Shown here: one piece after another, positions 48,358-60,000 of the stretch
Numbering within the stretch: position 1 is the first letter of the stretch
How the letters are laid out: each line of letters starts with the position of its first letter
Assembly: GCA_038087875.1 (NCBI GenBank)
Contig: CM075990.1
Span: 7,380,001-7,440,000, forward strand
Length of the DNA: 60,000 nt
From: Malacoraja senta
Lineage: Eukaryota
Direction of reading: 5' to 3'
The notes under the pieces: generated by a model
What the model saw: only the letters and a program-made list of their open reading frames with translations
Databases searched by the model: none
Told to the model about the DNA's origin: nothing
Translations under genes and position numbers: made by a program

Positions 48358-49168
48358 CTAGACCGAAGGGGACCCGTTGGGTCCCGTCCCCTCAACGCGC
48401 GGTTGTGGGGGGGGGTGCTGCGGCATCACACACACAGTGGGGGAGGGGGGTTGAGAGGGGGAGGGGGGGAGAAGGGGGGAGGTGGGGGAAAGTGGGGGGG
48501 GAAGAGGGGGAAGGAGGGGGAGGGGGGATGGGGCAGAGGGGGAAGGGGGAGAGAGAGGAGGGGGAGAAGGGGGGAGAGAGATGAGGAGGAGAGAAGAGGG
48601 GGAGAGAGGGGGTGAGAGGAGGGGGGAGAGGGGGAAAGGGAGGGGGTGTAGGGGAGAGGGGGAGGGGGAGGGGTGGGGGAGGGAGGAATGGAGGGGGAGA
48701 GAGGGGGGGAGAGGAGGGGAGGGGGAGAGGGGAGGGAGGGGGAGAGAGAGTAGAGGGGAGAGAGGAGGGGGAGAGAGGAGAGGGTAGAGAGGAGGGTGGG
48801 AGGATTGGGGAGAAAGGAGGGGAAAGGAGGAGGGTGGGGAGAGGGGTAGGTGGGAGGGGGCGGAGGAGGGGGGGTTGGGGGTGGGTAGTGGGGATGGGGG
48901 AGGGGGAGGGAGAGAGAGGAGGAGGGAGAGGGGGGAAAGGGAGGGGTGTGGAGAGGGGGTAGAGGGGAGGGGGAGAGGGGGTGAGGGAGGGGGAGAGAGA
49001 GTAGAGGGAGAGAGGGGGGGAGAGAGGGGGGAGAGAGGGGGGGAGAGAGGGGGGGAGAGAGGAGGGGGAGAGGAGGAGGGGGGAGAATAGGAGGGGGGAG
49101 AGGTGGAGGGGGGAGAGGAGAAGGGGAGCCGGGTGAGTGAGGGTGCTGCGAAAAGTGGAGTGAGCCTG

Positions 49169-49205
<37 letters not shown>

Positions 49206-49819
49206 CTAGTACAGGGCCCGACTGGTAAAAAGCTCTTGGCAGCTCTTGGCGGGAAAGCCGAGGCGCGAGCGTGCGTCGTGCATTGACCAAAGCTCTTGGT
49301 TGCTCTCGGGAGTTCTCGGGAAAGCCAAGCCAAGGCTAGCGTGCGTCGACTTCAATAGCGCTCGGAAAGTCTCGGAACGCCGTTGGGATTTGCAGAATAG
49401 AGCCCACTTGCTCATTCTTTCTGCGTCTTTTGAAGAACTGGGGGGGGGGAGGGAGGGTGGTGACGTCACTCCTGGAAAACAGTGCCCAGCAGGCAGCACG
49501 TTGCAAATTCTGCGCAGCTTGCAGCGACGAGCAGAGCGATTGTGACGTCATCCAGCTCACTTCAGCTCGTTAGATTTTAAAAAGATGTCAGATTGGTGAA
49601 CAATTTTAGTAAAAAACTCAGGAAATAATGAATCAAATTTTCAGATTATGGGATTTTTGAAATCATGAGGTAAGTCTCTACCGGAATATGTAAAAATTTC
49701 ACCGTTAGCGCCTCCGGTTTTCGAGGAGATGTGAATCACATATGAAAACACACACACACACACACACACACAAATAAATTCATCCACATCCAAGATCAGA
49801 GTTTTATATTGTAATAGGA
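48358..49819 (-). mobile_element. Non-autonomous Helitron
   Basis: On minus: 5' A|TCCTATTACAATATAAAACTC; 3' GGGACCC-AAC-GGGTCCC hairpin (48369-48385) 11 nt before CTAG|T; no TSD; (CA)n near the 5' end. Confidence 0.85.
48437..49203 (+). repeat. G-rich polypurine low-complexity tract ending in (GA)n
   Basis: Almost all G and A, with dozens of runs of 3 or more G. Confidence 0.95.
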
Positions 49820-51243
49820 TAGATAGATAGATATGCATTGGAATAGACAGGGGCTGGTTCATAGATAGCCAGCAGTCTAGAATTCCTCAGAAATTCTAAA
49901 ATCTCAGTATTCTAAAATCTTAACAACCACTGAAGTCGCCTGGGTCCTTTCTTTTGCCTGGGTCCCTTCTTAAACAGTGGAGTTACACTTCCAATTTTCA
50001 AGTCCTCTGGAACCATTCCTGACTCGTGATTCTTGAAAGATCACTACAATGCCTCCCTGATCTCCACAGCTACCTTCATCAGAAGTCTGAGGTGCAGTCA
50101 GTCCACCTGGTCCAGGTGACATCCACCTTCAGACCTTTCAGTTTCCCAAGCACCTTCTCCTTAGTAATAGTGACTGTACTCACTCCGGCCCCCCTGACCC
50201 TCTTGAATGTCTGGCACATTGCTGATGTCTTTCACTGTGAAGACTGACACAAAAACGTATTCAGTTTGTCCACCATTTCTTTGTTTCCCATTACTACTTC
50301 CACAGTGTCATGTTCCAGCAGTTCAATGCTCACTCTTTTATTCTGTGTATATTTGTAAAATATCTCTTAGTATAATTTTTTTTAATTTTTGGATAGCTTA
50401 CCTTCTTTTATCTCAATGATTTTTTTTAGTTGCCTTCTGTTGATTTTTAAAAGCTTGCCAATCCTCTAGTTTCTTGCTAATCTTTGCATATTATATGCCA
50501 TCTCTATTTGCTTTTATGCTTTCTTTGACTTCCTTTGTCAGCCAGTGTTGCCCCATTCTCCCCTTGAAATGTTTCTTCCCGGATAAAGTATTACAAAAAT
50601 TCCAACTGGGAGTGAATTTTATTTTATGGATTAAATTATTATATAATAAACCTACAGCTAGAATACTAACTAATAACATATTATCCTCGAAATTTCAACT
50701 ATCAAGGGGAAACAGACAAGGATGCTCATTATCACCACAGTTGTTTGCTCTCATAATTGAACCTTTAGCAGAAAAAATTAGAACACATCCCGATCTCCAT
50801 GGGTATAATACTAAATACTCAAATAATAAAATATCTTTATACGTGGATGATATATTATTGTACATTGCAAAACCTCAAATTACTATACCAAACATATTAA
50901 ATCTAATTGAGGACTTTGGATCCTTTTCTGGATACAGAATAAATTGGAATAAAAGTGAAATTACGTCAATAAAACCGAAAGACTCAACACATCTTTTAAA
51001 ATTCCCTTTTAAAATAGCTACAGAAAAATTTAAATACTTAGGTATTGAAATCACCAGAACATATCAAGGCATGTTCAAAGCAAATTATGATCCTCTAAAT
51101 TAAATACATTAATTACATTTTGAAAAACGCTTCCGATGTCTTTAATAGGCCGAATAAATGCAATAAAAATGATCTTCTTACCACAAATTTTATACCTATT
51201 TCAATCGATTCCTATATACCTACCAAAGAAGTTTTAAAAAAAA

Positions 51244-53373
51244 TTGGATTCAGACATTACTAATTTTATATGGGACTATAAATCCCATAGAATACAAAGA
51301 ACACACTTGAACAAAGATAAAGTATTAGGGGGCTTAGCACTCCCTAACTTCATGTATTATTATTGGTCAGTAAATATTAAAAATATGATTCAACTGATGG
51401 ACAACTCTGCCCAGCAAGTGGACTGGATTGTAATGGAGAGAGAGGACTGCTCCTCTGGAAACATTGGAGCGATCCTTCTCTCACCAATGAAACTGAATAA
51501 CATAAATTATAACAAAAACCCAATTATACATAGTACAATCAGAACTTGGAAACAAATAAAACAAAATTTAAAATTAAGAAATCTATCGCTTTTATCTCCA
51601 ATAGTTAATAACCCTTCGTTTAATCCCTCTATTACAGACATTAGAATACACCCTGATATCCATGGATATAATACTAAAGACTCATATAATAAAATATCTT
51701 TATACGCGGATGATATATTACTGTACATTACAAAACCTCAAATCACTATACCAAATATATTAAATTTAATTGAAGACTTTGGATCTTTTTCTGGATATAG
51801 AATAAATTGGAATAAAAGTGAAATTATGTCAATAAAACCGAAAGATTCAACACATCTTTTAAAATTCCCTTTTAAAATAGCTACAGAAAAATGTAAATAC
51901 TTGGGAATCGAAATTACCAGAACATATCAAGGTATGTTTAGGGCAAATTTTGACCCCCTACTTAATAAATTAAACACAATAAGTAAATTCTGGAAAACGC
52001 TCCCGATGTCTTTAATAGGCCGAATAAACGCAATAAAAATGATCTTTCTACCACAAATTTTATACCTATTTCAATCGATTCCTATATACTTACCAAAGAA
52101 GTTTAAAAAAAAACTCGACTCAGATATCACTAATTTTATATGGGACTATAAATCACATAGAATACAAAAAACTCATCTGAATAAACCTAAAGTATTAGGG
52201 GGTTTAGCACTACCTAACTTTATGTATTATTATTGGTCAGTAAATATTAAAAATATGATTCAACTGATGGATAACTCCGCCCAGCAAGTGGACTGGATTG
52301 TAATGGAGAAAGAGGATTGCTCCTCTGGAAACATTGGAGCGATCCTCCTTTCTCCAATGAAATTGAATAACATAAATTATAATAAGAACCCAATTATTCA
52401 TAGTACAATCCGAATTTGGAAACAAATAAAACAAAATTTAAAATTAAGAAATTTATCACTTTTATTACCTATAGTTAATAACCCTTCGTTTAATCCCGCT
52501 ATTATAAATAAAGCTTTTACACATTGGGATAGACTAGGAATTAAAACGCTTGGTGACTTGTATGAAACTGGAAAATTACTTTCATTTCAACAATTACAAA
52601 TAAAATATAAACTCGGAAATAATCAATATTTTAAATATTTTCAAATATGTGACTATTTGAAAAAATATACAAAAGATCATTATAATAACCCAGTAGATGT
52701 ATTGGACGAGGCAATGCAGATAAAAGATGAATCAGCAAACTTAATATCATATTTGTATAATATTATCTTAAATGTACAAATACCATCTACGGAGGGTATC
52801 AGAAGAGACTGGGAACAAGAGTTAGCTATTAAAATTTCAAAGGAAAGTTGGAATGAACACTTATTAAACGTGCATAAATGTTCGATTAATGTAAGACACA
52901 CTTTAATACAATTTAAAATTTTACATAGATTATATTATTCGAAAACTAAAATTCATAAAATTTTCCCAAATGTATCATCTATTTGTGATAAATGTCAATC
53001 CCAAGAAGCTACTATAGCGCACTCATTCGTTTTCTGTACAAAAATTCAAAAATTTTGGAATGAAATTTTTGAAATCTTTACAAAGTTATTTAAAATAAGA
53101 CTGATACCCAAAGCAGAATGGATTATCTTCGGAATAACAGAAGATGGCCCAGAACTAAATGTGTTTCAAAAGAAACTAATGGACTATGGGTTAATAACTG
53201 GAAAAAAGCTAATTCTAAAATTTTGGAAGAAGGCTCCAATACCAACTATAAATATGTGGACTTCAAATATGTTTGAAACATTACACCTAGAAGAGATAAG
53301 ACTCCTCCTAGCAGGTAAACCAGATCACTTCCACCTGACGTGGTCTGCATTTATAGAATTATTACAAATATAG
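51244..53373 (+). pseudogene. L1 ORF2 fragment (709 aa), chimeric across the junction at ~51640
   Basis: Contains SLYADDILLY and the C-terminal CCHC region; lacks endonuclease and N-terminal RT. Confidence 0.9.
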
Positions 53374-53800
53374 GGTGCAAAAGTACTTTAAAAAAAATTG
53401 AGGTCAGGTAAGGGGGGATGCTAGTTGAAGAGTTGGTATGTCCCATTTACGTAATGCTCATAAAAATATTTGTTTCTCTCTTTTTCCTCTTTCTCTTTCT
53501 CTTTCTTTTCTAGGGTCTATTTCTTAACTCTTTTTCTTTTGTTTTTTAATTTTGCTCTTATAGGGTCTTCGTCCTTTTTTGTTGTCACATTTTCTACACT
53601 TTCACTTTTTCCTTTACTTTCTTCTTTCTTTCAATCTTTTCTTTTTCTAGTGTAAAAAATAAATGGAGTACATTAATTGTAAGAAGACATAAGTGACGAG
53701 TACTAATGTATGTGGTTGTAATGTAATGTACTTCTAATAAATACAAATTAAAAAATAAATAAATAAATAAATTTTAAAAAAAGCAAACTTAATATCATAT

Positions 53801-54421
53801 TTGTATAATATTATCTTAAATGAAGAAATACCATCTACGGAAGGAATTAGAAGAGACTGGGAACAAGAATTAGCTATTGAAATCTCAAAGGAAAGGTGGA
53901 ATGAACATTTATTATATGTGCATAAATGTTCGATTAATGTAAGACACACTTTAATACAATTTAAAATTTTACATAGATTATATTATTCAAAAACTAAAAT
54001 TAATAAAATTTTCCCAAATGTATCATCCATTTGTGATACATGCCAATCTCAAGAAGCTAGTATAGCGCACTCATTTGTTTTTTGTACAAAAGTTCAAAAA
54101 TTTTGGATTGAAATTTTTGAAATCTTTACAAAATTATTTAAAATAAAACTGATACCAAAAGCAGAATGGATTATCTTCGGAACAACGGAAGATAGTCCTG
54201 AACTAAACGTGTTTCAAAATAAATTAATAGATTACGGGTTAATAACTGGAAAAAACTTAATCCTAAAATTCTGGAAAAACGCTCCAATACCAACTATAAA
54301 CATGTGGATTTCAAATATGTTTGAAACATTACACCTAGAAGAGATAAGACTCCTCCTGGCAGGTAAACCAGATCACTTCCACCTGACGTGGTCTGCATTT
54401 ATAGAATTATTACAAGTATAG
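53801..54421 (+). pseudogene. Second copy of the L1 ORF2 C-terminus
   Basis: Diverged paralog of 52753-53373 (CDTCQSQEASIAHSFVFC). Confidence 0.9.
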
Positions 54422-56539
54422 GGTGCAAAAGTACTTTAAAAAAAAAACTGGGATGTAAGGGGGATGAAAGCTGGAGAGTTGGTATGTCCCATTTGCGTGA
54501 TGCTTATAATAAAGTATTTGTTTTTCTCTTTTTTCCTCTTTCTCTTTTTTTTCTTCTTTAGGGTCTATCTCTTAATCCTTTCTTTTTAATTTCTTTTCTA
54601 CAGGGTCTCTGTTCTTTCCTGTTGTCACGTTTTTACACCTTCACTATTTTCCTTCACTTTCTCTTTTTTCTTAATCTCAACCTTTCCTTTTTATCAGTGT
54701 AAAAAATGACGGAGTACATTAATTGTAATAAGATATACATGATGAGTACTAATGTAATTGGTTGTAATGTAATGTACTTCTAATAAATACAAATTAAAAA
54801 AAAAAGAAATGTTTCTTCCCTTTTGGGATGAAAAGATCCTCGGTCTTCCAAATTACTCCCGCATGCTCCTGCTATTGCCACTCCACCTGCTCGGAACGTC
54901 TTCCACGCAACTTTCGCCAGCTCCTCCCTCATGTCTCTGTAGTTACCTTTGCTCAACAGTAATACCAATACATTTGATTTTCTCTCCCTTAAACTCCTGG
55001 TTGAGTCCTATCTCATTATGATTACTACCTCCTAGGGGTTCCTTCACTTTATGCTCCCTGATCAAATCTGGTTCATTACACCAAATCCAGAATTGCTTTT
55101 TCCCTAGTGGGCTCGATCACAAGCTGCTCTAAAAAGCCGTCTCGGAGGTATTCTACAAATTCTTTCTCTCGGGATCTAGTACCAACCTGATGTTTCCCTG
55201 AGGTCTACCTGCACATTAAAATCCCCCATGATCACTGTAACATTGCCTTTCATTCATGCCTTTTCTATCCCCTAACGTAATTTGTATGCTACATCCAGGC
55301 TACTATTCGGAGGTCTGTATATAACTCCCATCAGGGTCTCATTACCCTTGAAGTTACTTAATTCTATCCACAAGGATTCATCTTCTGATGCCATACTGTT
55401 ACTTGCTAAGGATTGGATTTCATGCCTTACCACCCCTCTGCTCACCTCTCTACCTTTACAATAGGATGTGTATCCTTGGTTGTTCAGCTCCCAGCTCTGA
55501 TTCTCTTTGAGCCATGACTCTGTGATACCCACATACCTGCCAATTGCTAACTGTGCAATAACCTCCTTCACCTTGCTCGGTATACTGCATGCATTCAAAT
55601 ATAACACCTTCAGTTCTGTATTCATCATCCTTCTCTTCAAATTGGTCCCGATGTTGCTTGACATTAGACTCTTATCCTTTTCTAAAGTTTCTGTCTTACT
55701 TCTTATTCTAGAGACTTAGGTAACCTCTTTTGCGCTCTGCTTCCCTTATGTTTATCCACACTGTTCCAATCTATTAAACCTAACCCACCCCCCTCACTAT
55801 TTAGTATAAAGCCCTATCTACAGCTGTAGTTATGTGATTCAGGAGGAACATGGCCCCAGTAGGCTTCAGGGGTACCGCCTGCTTCTTTTAATGGCCTGCC
55901 TTTTCCATCAAAGGCTCTTTCCCTGTATTTTCCTGGTGATTTACCAAAATTGATTTTTCTCCCCTCAAAATGCCTGCTCACCCACATTCTGTTGGACTTT
56001 GAAGGTAGAAAGAATATCTTGTAGCTATGTCCTCTTGTTTCAGATTTTTTTCCCCCCTATATGTGGAAGCATCTCAACATAGGTACAGCCCCCTTAGGTA
56101 TGCTTGAAATAAAGGTAACCCTTCATTCCTCTAAACTCTAAGGGATACAGACCCAAATTGGTAGATTCTCCTAACAAGCCAACCCTCTCATCTGAGGAAT
56201 TAGCTGACGTTCCATCCCTGGAGTTTTCTACCTGATGTTTCCGTTATTGTGACCATTGTTCCTAACATTGTTCACTTGCTGTGTTGCAGCATTTTCATTA
56301 ACATGTCCTTGTTTCCAAAGCAAATACAATACAACTTTGACAGCTGCAATTCTGACAGCTAGAACTATGAGTCCTTTGCTTTTTAAAAATGTTCTAAATA
56401 GTGACTTTGGATCTCCAAATCTGTACACTGTGTTCAGGTTATTGCCTGTCACTGCGAACCCATAACTTGATCCTTCATGGTAAAGTCATGCTCCAAGTTA
56501 TCTGGCCCGCAGTGCCTCCAAACCTTTTTCAAACTCTAG

Positions 56540-56992
56540 ATTCAAGATTCAAGTGAGTTTATTGTCATGTGTCCCAGATAGGACAATTAAATTCTTGCTT
56601 TGCCTCAGCACAACAGAATTATAGAAGGCATGAATACAGAACAGATCAGTGTGTCCATATACCATTGTATAAATATATACACACATGAATAAATAAAACA
56701 TATAAAGTGCAACTAAACAGATAATGGTCTATTAATGTTCAGAGTTTTGTCTGAGCCAAGTTTAATAGCCTGATGGCTGTGGGGAAGTAGCTGTTTCTGA
56801 ATCTGGACGTTGCAGTCTTCAGGCTCCTGTACCTTCTACCTGAAGGTAGCGGGGAGATGAGTGTGTGGCCAGGACGATGTGGGTCCTTGATGATGCTGCC
56901 AGCCTTTTTGAGGCAGCGACTGCGATAGATCCCCTCGATGGTAGGGAGGTCAAGAGCCAATGATGGACTGGGCAGTGTTTACTACTTTTTGT
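56540..56992 (-). mobile_element. Rex1/Babar LINE 3' end, well preserved
   Basis: LPTIEGIYRSRCLKKAGSIIKDPHRPGHTLISPLPSGRRYRSLKTATSRFRNSYFPTAIRLLN; (TTGAATC)n tail. Confidence 0.9.
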
Positions 56993-57289
56993 AAACTGGC
57001 AACACAATTTCTAAATGCTAAGGATCCAGTTTGTCATCACTTTGCCAAGTTCCTGTATTTGTCATCATGAGGCTTCATTTTCTGCTGGTGCAGTGATTTC
57101 AATTCCTCCAGATTTGCATGGCATTCCCATTCTTTCCCCACTGCCCTCCATGTCTCTCATTTTCTGTGCTGTTTTCCTTTGCCTCAGTCTCTAACAGCTT
57201 CTCCATGGTTTCTCTGCTCTTTTGAGCAGTCTGTTGGCTAGTGGTACAATCCCTCTTTTACTTCCCAATGCTTCTGCACGTGGGTGTAG

Positions 57290-58010
57290 TGTGGAACAGC
57301 ACCGAAATAGGCCCTTCTGACCACCTTTTGCCCATCGACACTAATCCCATTGGATTGTATTAGGACCCTATCCTTCAATGTCTCTATGCCCCTCAATTGC
57401 ACTGATTGTACCTGATACCACGGGTGCAGGAAAGTACTGCAGGTGCTGGTTTAAATCGAAGATAGACCCAAAATGCTGGAGTAACTCAGCAGGACAGGCA
57501 GCATCTCTGGAGAGAAGGAATGGGTGACGTTTCGGGTCGAGACCCTTCTTCAGACTTTACTTCAATCTGAAGAAGGGTCTCGACCCGAATCATCACCCAT
57601 TCCTTCTTTCCAGAGATGCTGCCTGTCCCGCTGAGTTACTCCAGCATTTTGTAAATGATACTACCACCTCTTTTGGCAGCACATTCCCAAAATCAACCAC
57701 TCTGTGAAAAAAGCCTTTCCGCTCATATCCTCTCCAAGGTGCCGACCTCTCACCTTAAACCTATGCCCTTGGTTTGGTACCCCTACAATGGGAATAAGAC
57801 TTCCACACTCTGACCCCTCATAATGTTGTATACTTTCACCAAATATACTTCTATCAGCTGATACTTCAGCCTCTTTCACTCCAAGGTAAATAAGCCAAGC
57901 CTATTCAATCCAGACAACATCCTGATGAATCTCTTCTGCACTCTAATACAATCATATTCTTCCAGTGGAGTGCCAACAAGAACTGTGCACAATACTGCAT
58001 GTGCAGCCTA
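57290..58010 (-). mobile_element. Degenerate CR1 3' region hosting a fold-back Penelope derivative
   Basis: QGHRFKVRGRHLGEDMSGKAFFT. Confidence 0.7.
57425..57653. mobile_element. Penelope-derived fold-back element with two divergent hammerhead motifs
   Basis: Inverted arms of ~86 bp over 57469-57651 around a ~11-nt spacer. Confidence 0.9.
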
Positions 58011-58209
58011 ATCACTGCCACCAAATGCTTGTCTGCTACTTCGCCTCGTGTTTATACCTCCGCCATGGATACCATTAAAAGTGAATCCCTCGACCTTGAA
58101 ATAAAAATGAACTGCAGATGCTGGTTTATACCAGAGAAAGAAACACAATGCTGGTGTAACTCAGCAGGGTGAGGCAGCATCTCTGGAGAAAATAGATAGG
58201 TGCTGTACA

Positions 58210-58497
58210 GTTTAGTTTAGAGATACAGCATGAAAGAAAAAGGCCCTTCGGTCCATGTCCACCAGCGATCCCCATACACTAGGACTATCCCACACACTAG
58301 GAACAGATTACAATTTTAACAAAGCCAATTAAACTACAATTCTGTAAGTCTTTTGGGAGTGTGGGAGGAAACCAGAGCACCTGGGACAAACCTATGGGGA
58401 GAATGTACAAACTCCGTAGAGACAGCACCCATGGTCAGAATCGAACCCGGGTCTCTGGCACTGTAAGGCAGCAACTCTACCGCTGCGCCACTGGGCT
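58210..58497 (-). mobile_element. HE1-like V-SINE
   Basis: gaatcgaacccgggtctctggcactgtaaggcagcaactctaccgctgcgccac. Confidence 0.88.
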
Positions 58498-59604
58498 GCC
58501 CACTGTTCTTATATACGATCTCTTTAATTATTGGCAACTCTGATTCCTGCTAACTATTGGGAGAGCCTATAGCACAATCCCATCAAAGTGACCACCCCAT
58601 TCTTATTTCTTAGTTCCACCCATATTACATCACTGGAAGATCCTGGAGAAATATCCTCTGAGTACTGCCATGGTGTTCTCCTTAATTAGAAACACTCTCC
58701 CTCTTCATATTACTCCACCTCTCTCATGCCTCCAGCATCTGTGCCCCAGGGGACAGTACCAATAAATTCAGCATTAAAAATTATGACTGCTTGTTCCGAC
58801 GATGTAGAGCTTTCTCTGTTTCTCTCTTCGTGATACTACCTGGCCTGCTGAGTGTTTGCAAAATTCCCTGTTTTATTTCAGATTTCCAGCATCACCTATT
58901 GATTTTTATTTTTTGCTCATGAATATCCCCTGAAACGTTTACAATGCCATTAGTCTTTAAAAAAAACATGCTCCAACGCTTCAGGTAAATAGCGAACAAC
59001 TCTTATTACTCAAACTTTTCTCAAACCAATATTTGTGTTTCTGCCAACCAGTCCTAAGTTTTTTTTCTTCACTTGCAATAACTGGATTTTAATTTGAGTG
59101 AGGTTTGCAGTTTACTCAAACTTTTAGTAAATTTATAAACTCACACAATTTTACTTTCTGCAGACCATGTGATCGACATATCATTATTTGGTTGAATTTC
59201 GAGATATAGCACGGAAACAGGCCCTTCGGCCCACCGAGTCCACACCGACCAGCGATCACCACTAGCACTATCCTACATACTAGGGACAGTTTTCAATGTT
59301 TTTTTACCAAAGCCTATTTACCTACAAACTTTGGGTCTTTGGGTATTCTGAGCTTCTGAGCTGGCCTCGAGAGTTGGTCATCGTGTCACTTACATCGTTA
59401 AACTTGTGGGAATTGGTCATTGAATGAATGCAAGCAAGGCACATCAGCGTCACAAACCATTACCGTGTGAAATAACCCCTTAAGGTAGTTGCAAACGCAC
59501 CCATAAACCAGCAAAATGTAAATGTACAAGGATTATTTGCAGTTTGTAGGAGCTGATGCCAAAGATCAAATTAGGTATGATTTGTTGGATGACTGAGCAG
59601 GCTT

Positions 59605-59940
59605 GATCATAAGGCAAGGAAGAGCAGAATTGGGTCATTTGGCCCATTCCAGTCTGCTCTGCCATCTGATAATGGCTGATCTATTTTTCCTCTCAATCCA
59701 AATCTCCTGCCACCTCCCATAACCTTTGTCCATTCTAATCAATTTCTGCTTTAAAAATACTGAATGACTGGACCTCCACAGCCGTCTGTGGCGATGAATT
59801 CCACAGATTCACCAACCTCTGGCAAAATAAATTCCTCCACTTCCATTCTAAAGGCAGGTCATTTTATTCTGAGGCTGTGCCTTCTCATCCTAGACTCTCC
59901 CACTACTGGAAATACCCTCTCCACATTCACTCTATCTAGT
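59605..59940 (-). mobile_element. CR1 3' end
   Basis: cctccacagccgtctgtggcgatgaattccacagattcacc...ctagactctcccactactgg. Confidence 0.85.
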
Positions 59941-60000
59941 CCTACATGAGGCTATATGACCTACTTCTGCTTCTAATTCCTGTATTCCTATGTTTTAGTT

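Larger units (their letters stand above)
47390..49875 (+). mobile_element. Old CR1 ORF2 fragment hosting a V-SINE (47932-48223, minus) and a Helitron
   Basis: ANVMPLFMKSCKEKPRNCRP before the Helitron, and RYALE/DRGW..SQ-type continuation (atgcattggaatagacaggggctgg...agccagca) after it. Confidence 0.7.
50581..54805 (+). mobile_element. Composite 5'-truncated L1 insertion (three ORF2-derived segments)
   Basis: 15-bp TSD GAAATGTTTCTTCCC (50566-50580, 54806-54820); RGNRQGCSLSP, YVDD/YADD, CDKC..ATIAHSFVFC knuckle; AATAAA plus A-tail at ~53737 and ~54782. Confidence 0.95.
49930..55790 (-). mobile_element. Old CR1 ORF2 (APE endonuclease region) split by the L1 insertion
   Basis: LKVLYLNACSI..K...GITESWL...ESLWIEL...GVIYRPPNS at 55272-55664; continuous across the L1 TSD. 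Confidence 0.85.

Noticed and set aside
49204..49220. Internal CTAG as a second Helitron 3' end
   Set aside because: No proper subterminal hairpin next to it.
48358..49333. 310-aa and 313-aa Pro/Ser/Leu-rich ORFs, and Gly/Arg/Glu-rich ORFs on the other strand
   Set aside because: Artefacts of the stop-poor polypurine tract; they are open in several frames and lie inside a Helitron.
51244..53373. 709-aa ORF as a novel or functional RT gene
   Set aside because: Chimeric L1 ORF2 fragment without endonuclease, N-terminal RT or a promoter; starts at TTG.
53460..53655. Hydrophobic Phe/Ser-rich small ORF
   Set aside because: T-rich L1 3' UTR, repeated in diverged form at 54520-54700.
1..60000. 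Host protein-coding gene
   Set aside because: No ORF or exon set resembling a known cellular protein was recognised; small exons in a long intron cannot be excluded without RNA data.

Overview
Eukaryotic, repeat-dominated DNA (intron or intergenic) with no recognisable host gene, rRNA, tRNA, CRISPR array or operon. The repeat complement points to a cartilaginous fish, probably a skate or ray (inference). It includes HE1-like tRNA-derived V-SINEs sharing a 3' tail with HER1/CR1 LINEs, Rex1/Babar, L2, L1, RTE-like and Vingi-like fragments. Most ORFs in the track are spurious; the meaningful ones are TE-derived. Four structures stand out. (1) A Penelope-like retroelement family carrying a minimal hammerhead-ribozyme motif (CTGAAGA-A-stemII-GAAAC-GTY), present as a GIY-YIG-coding copy with a 16-bp TSD, as ~95-100-bp TSD-bounded mini-elements and as fold-back derivatives. 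(2) A non-autonomous Helitron (48358-49819, minus strand) carrying a ~770-bp G/A tract. (3) A three-part L1 chimera inside one 15-bp TSD. (4) Eight CpG-rich PIF/Harbinger-type MITEs with shared ends but different interiors. Family names come from motif recognition, not database searches. Boundaries are approximate unless TSDs or TIRs are quoted.
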